Origin: Zootoca vivipara
Lineage: Eukaryota
DNA: 64,000 bases
Direction of reading: 5' to 3'
Assembly: GCF_963506605.1 (NCBI RefSeq)
Contig: NC_083292.1
Span: 27,652,001 to 27,716,000, forward strand
The position numbers and the translations under genes were made by a program. The notes beneath the pieces were generated by a model that was not told where the DNA came from, searched no databases, and saw only the letters and a program-made list of their open reading frames with translations. Shown piece by piece: positions 62,274 through 64,000 of the stretch (positions within the stretch are counted from its first letter, which is position 1; the number at the start of each line of letters is the position of its first letter).

Positions 62274-62303
62274 CTTGGCTGTTTAGCGTCAGGTGAGCTG
62301 GAC
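62274..62303 (-). CDS. NRXN2: Neurexin-2-alpha SS1 mini-exon (30 nt), (G)PAHLTLNSQ
   Basis: Minus strand reads polypyrimidine tract ...ttccccttcaag|GTCCAGCTCACCTGACGCTAAACAGCCAAG|gtatgg. Phase 1/1. Peptide matches mammalian NRXN2 SS1 GPAHLTLNSE. Confidence 0.93.
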
Positions 62304-63842
62304 CTTGAAGGGGAAGGAAAGAAAAAAAGAAAGAAAGAAAAAAGACGAGTCATATAAACGCACGGAAAAAAGGAGGGTTTTCCCCTCTTTGCCACAATTT
62401 AAAAGCATTTTTTAACTTGTGACAGACATCCAGGCCCCCGGGAGATAGAGAAGGGGGAAGGTTTGAGGGTCGGATGCCGAAACAAACAGAAAGGAGAGAG
62501 GAGAAGAAACTCAAAATCCCGGACAGAGCCAGACAAAACCAAAGCAATAATAATAATAATTATAACAAGAGGGGAACAAGGGAAGAAAATAAAAGAAGTT
62601 TGGTTTCTTTGAGGATTAAAAAAAAAAAGCATTTCGGGCAAACAGTCACATCGCCCAATGAGAGAAAATGCTTTTTTTTTTCCTGGTTAAAAACAAGAAA
62701 AATGTGGGGGTGGGAGTCAGAAGGGGGGGGAGAGAACCACGCAAACCAAGGCAGCCTTGAGGGGGGCGTGTGCCGTTTGCGGCCGGCAAGAATCAGGCGT
62801 AAGCGAAAACTGCTCCAGGAAGGAAAAGGGTTAGTGAAGCAAAACCAAGAGTCAACGGCTGGCCTCTTCTCCAACCGACCAGATTCCCAAAGCAGGTCAG
62901 TGGGTATGAGTGGGTGCCTGGGGGCCCAACAGGAATGCCCCCCTCCTTTCCCATCAACCCAGGTGTCAATGAGACTGGGAGGATTTCCCTCCAATAAAAA
63001 GCTTGCCCCGCCATCTTGAAATTGCAACACATTTGATTAAGAGGAACTCTGCATGGAAACCACCAAGACCAGCACACAATCCAGAGAAAGACAGAAGACT
63101 GGCCCAGGATATTTGGGTGGAAATCTGTCAAGGAAGAACCACCAAAGCATGGGAAGCTCCTCCAAAAAGAACCAGGCCACTCGTCCATGTACCTCAATAT
63201 TACCTACTCTGACTGGCAGCATCGGCCCTCTAGGGCTTCAGGCAGGGGACATTCCCAGCCCAACCTGGAGATGCTTCCATTGTGGACTGAACCCTTGAGA
63301 CCTTCCGCATTGCAAAGCACACGCCCTGCCACAGAGCTATGATGCTCCTCCCCAATCAGAGCAGAGCAGAATCCATACTTTACTACCCTGGGAACACTCC
63401 CAGTGGCCGAAGGTGTGGGATGCACGTTTGTTCAATAAATAAGTAAGGCGTGTGCACTGAGAAGCTGAGAATGTTTCCCCCGACTGTAAGTTAGACAGAA
63501 AGGCTAAGGCAGGCCTGTCAACAGCCACTCATCTGGTTGCTTGTGGTGATTAAGCAATTGCCTCCAGGCGATCAGGCAGGGAGGTTTGTAGCAGCTTAGC
63601 ACTGGTCTGTGTGCACAAGCAGGCTGCGCAGAATGACCGAGGTCCAGTAGCTGCTGAGGACTCCTTTGCAAGGCTGGGCTAAAGGAGGCTCTTAGGGGGC
63701 AAACTCGTCGACTGCGAGCAATTGCGAAAAGGCCCCCTTCTGCCCACAGGCACGCATCCAGTGCAGATCAGAGTGCTGCACCCAGCATGCATTGACTTTG
63801 CCTGAAAGCAACCACCGCTGCCACCCTTGTGTGACAGATCAG

Positions 63843-63848
<6 letters not shown>

Positions 63849-63886
<38 letters not shown>
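63849..63886. repeat. (CA)n microsatellite
   Basis: Direct reading. Confidence 0.95.
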
Positions 63887-63888
<2 letters not shown>

Positions 63889-64000
63889 CTGAGCGACCCA
63901 GAACTGACAATGAAGAAAGCAGAGTGGCGGGATCCGGCCCTGGGGCTTTCTCTTGCAATGACCCAAAGAACTTCCCTGTCCCTAGGACTGGCCCCTCATG

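Noticed and set aside
62304-64000. Preceding 18-nt SS1 exon (EEHPME-like)
   Set aside because: No convincing match with splice sites. Probably beyond the right edge.

Overview
Vertebrate (squamate, probably lacertid lizard) genomic DNA lying entirely inside a neurexin-2 (NRXN2) gene on the minus strand. Four coding exons of the alpha isoform are recognisable: two splice-site-1 (SS1) mini-exons (62274-62303, 48725-48793), the 302-nt LNS2 exon (16354-16655) and the SS2 exon with two donors (9512/9533-9556). The first three short exons are not identifiable from the ORF track. The introns hold a full-length BovB (RTE) LINE with an intact ORF and a 12-bp TSD, Sauria SINEs, CR1 and L2 fragments, tRNA-derived SINEs, many hAT and Tc1/mariner MITEs, Penelope-like palindromes (one with a minimal hammerhead ribozyme), decayed Gypsy gag-protease and hAT transposase fossils, microsatellites and one assembly gap. 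The most novel-looking signal is in the intron downstream of SS2. A 24-nt non-repeat inverted match about 4.7 kb apart could form an RNA duplex over the 3' splice site of a candidate poison exon. It sits among clustered sense-strand ACUAAY/UGCAUG motifs and further candidate micro- and terminal exons. These splicing ideas are inferences that need conservation and RNA data.
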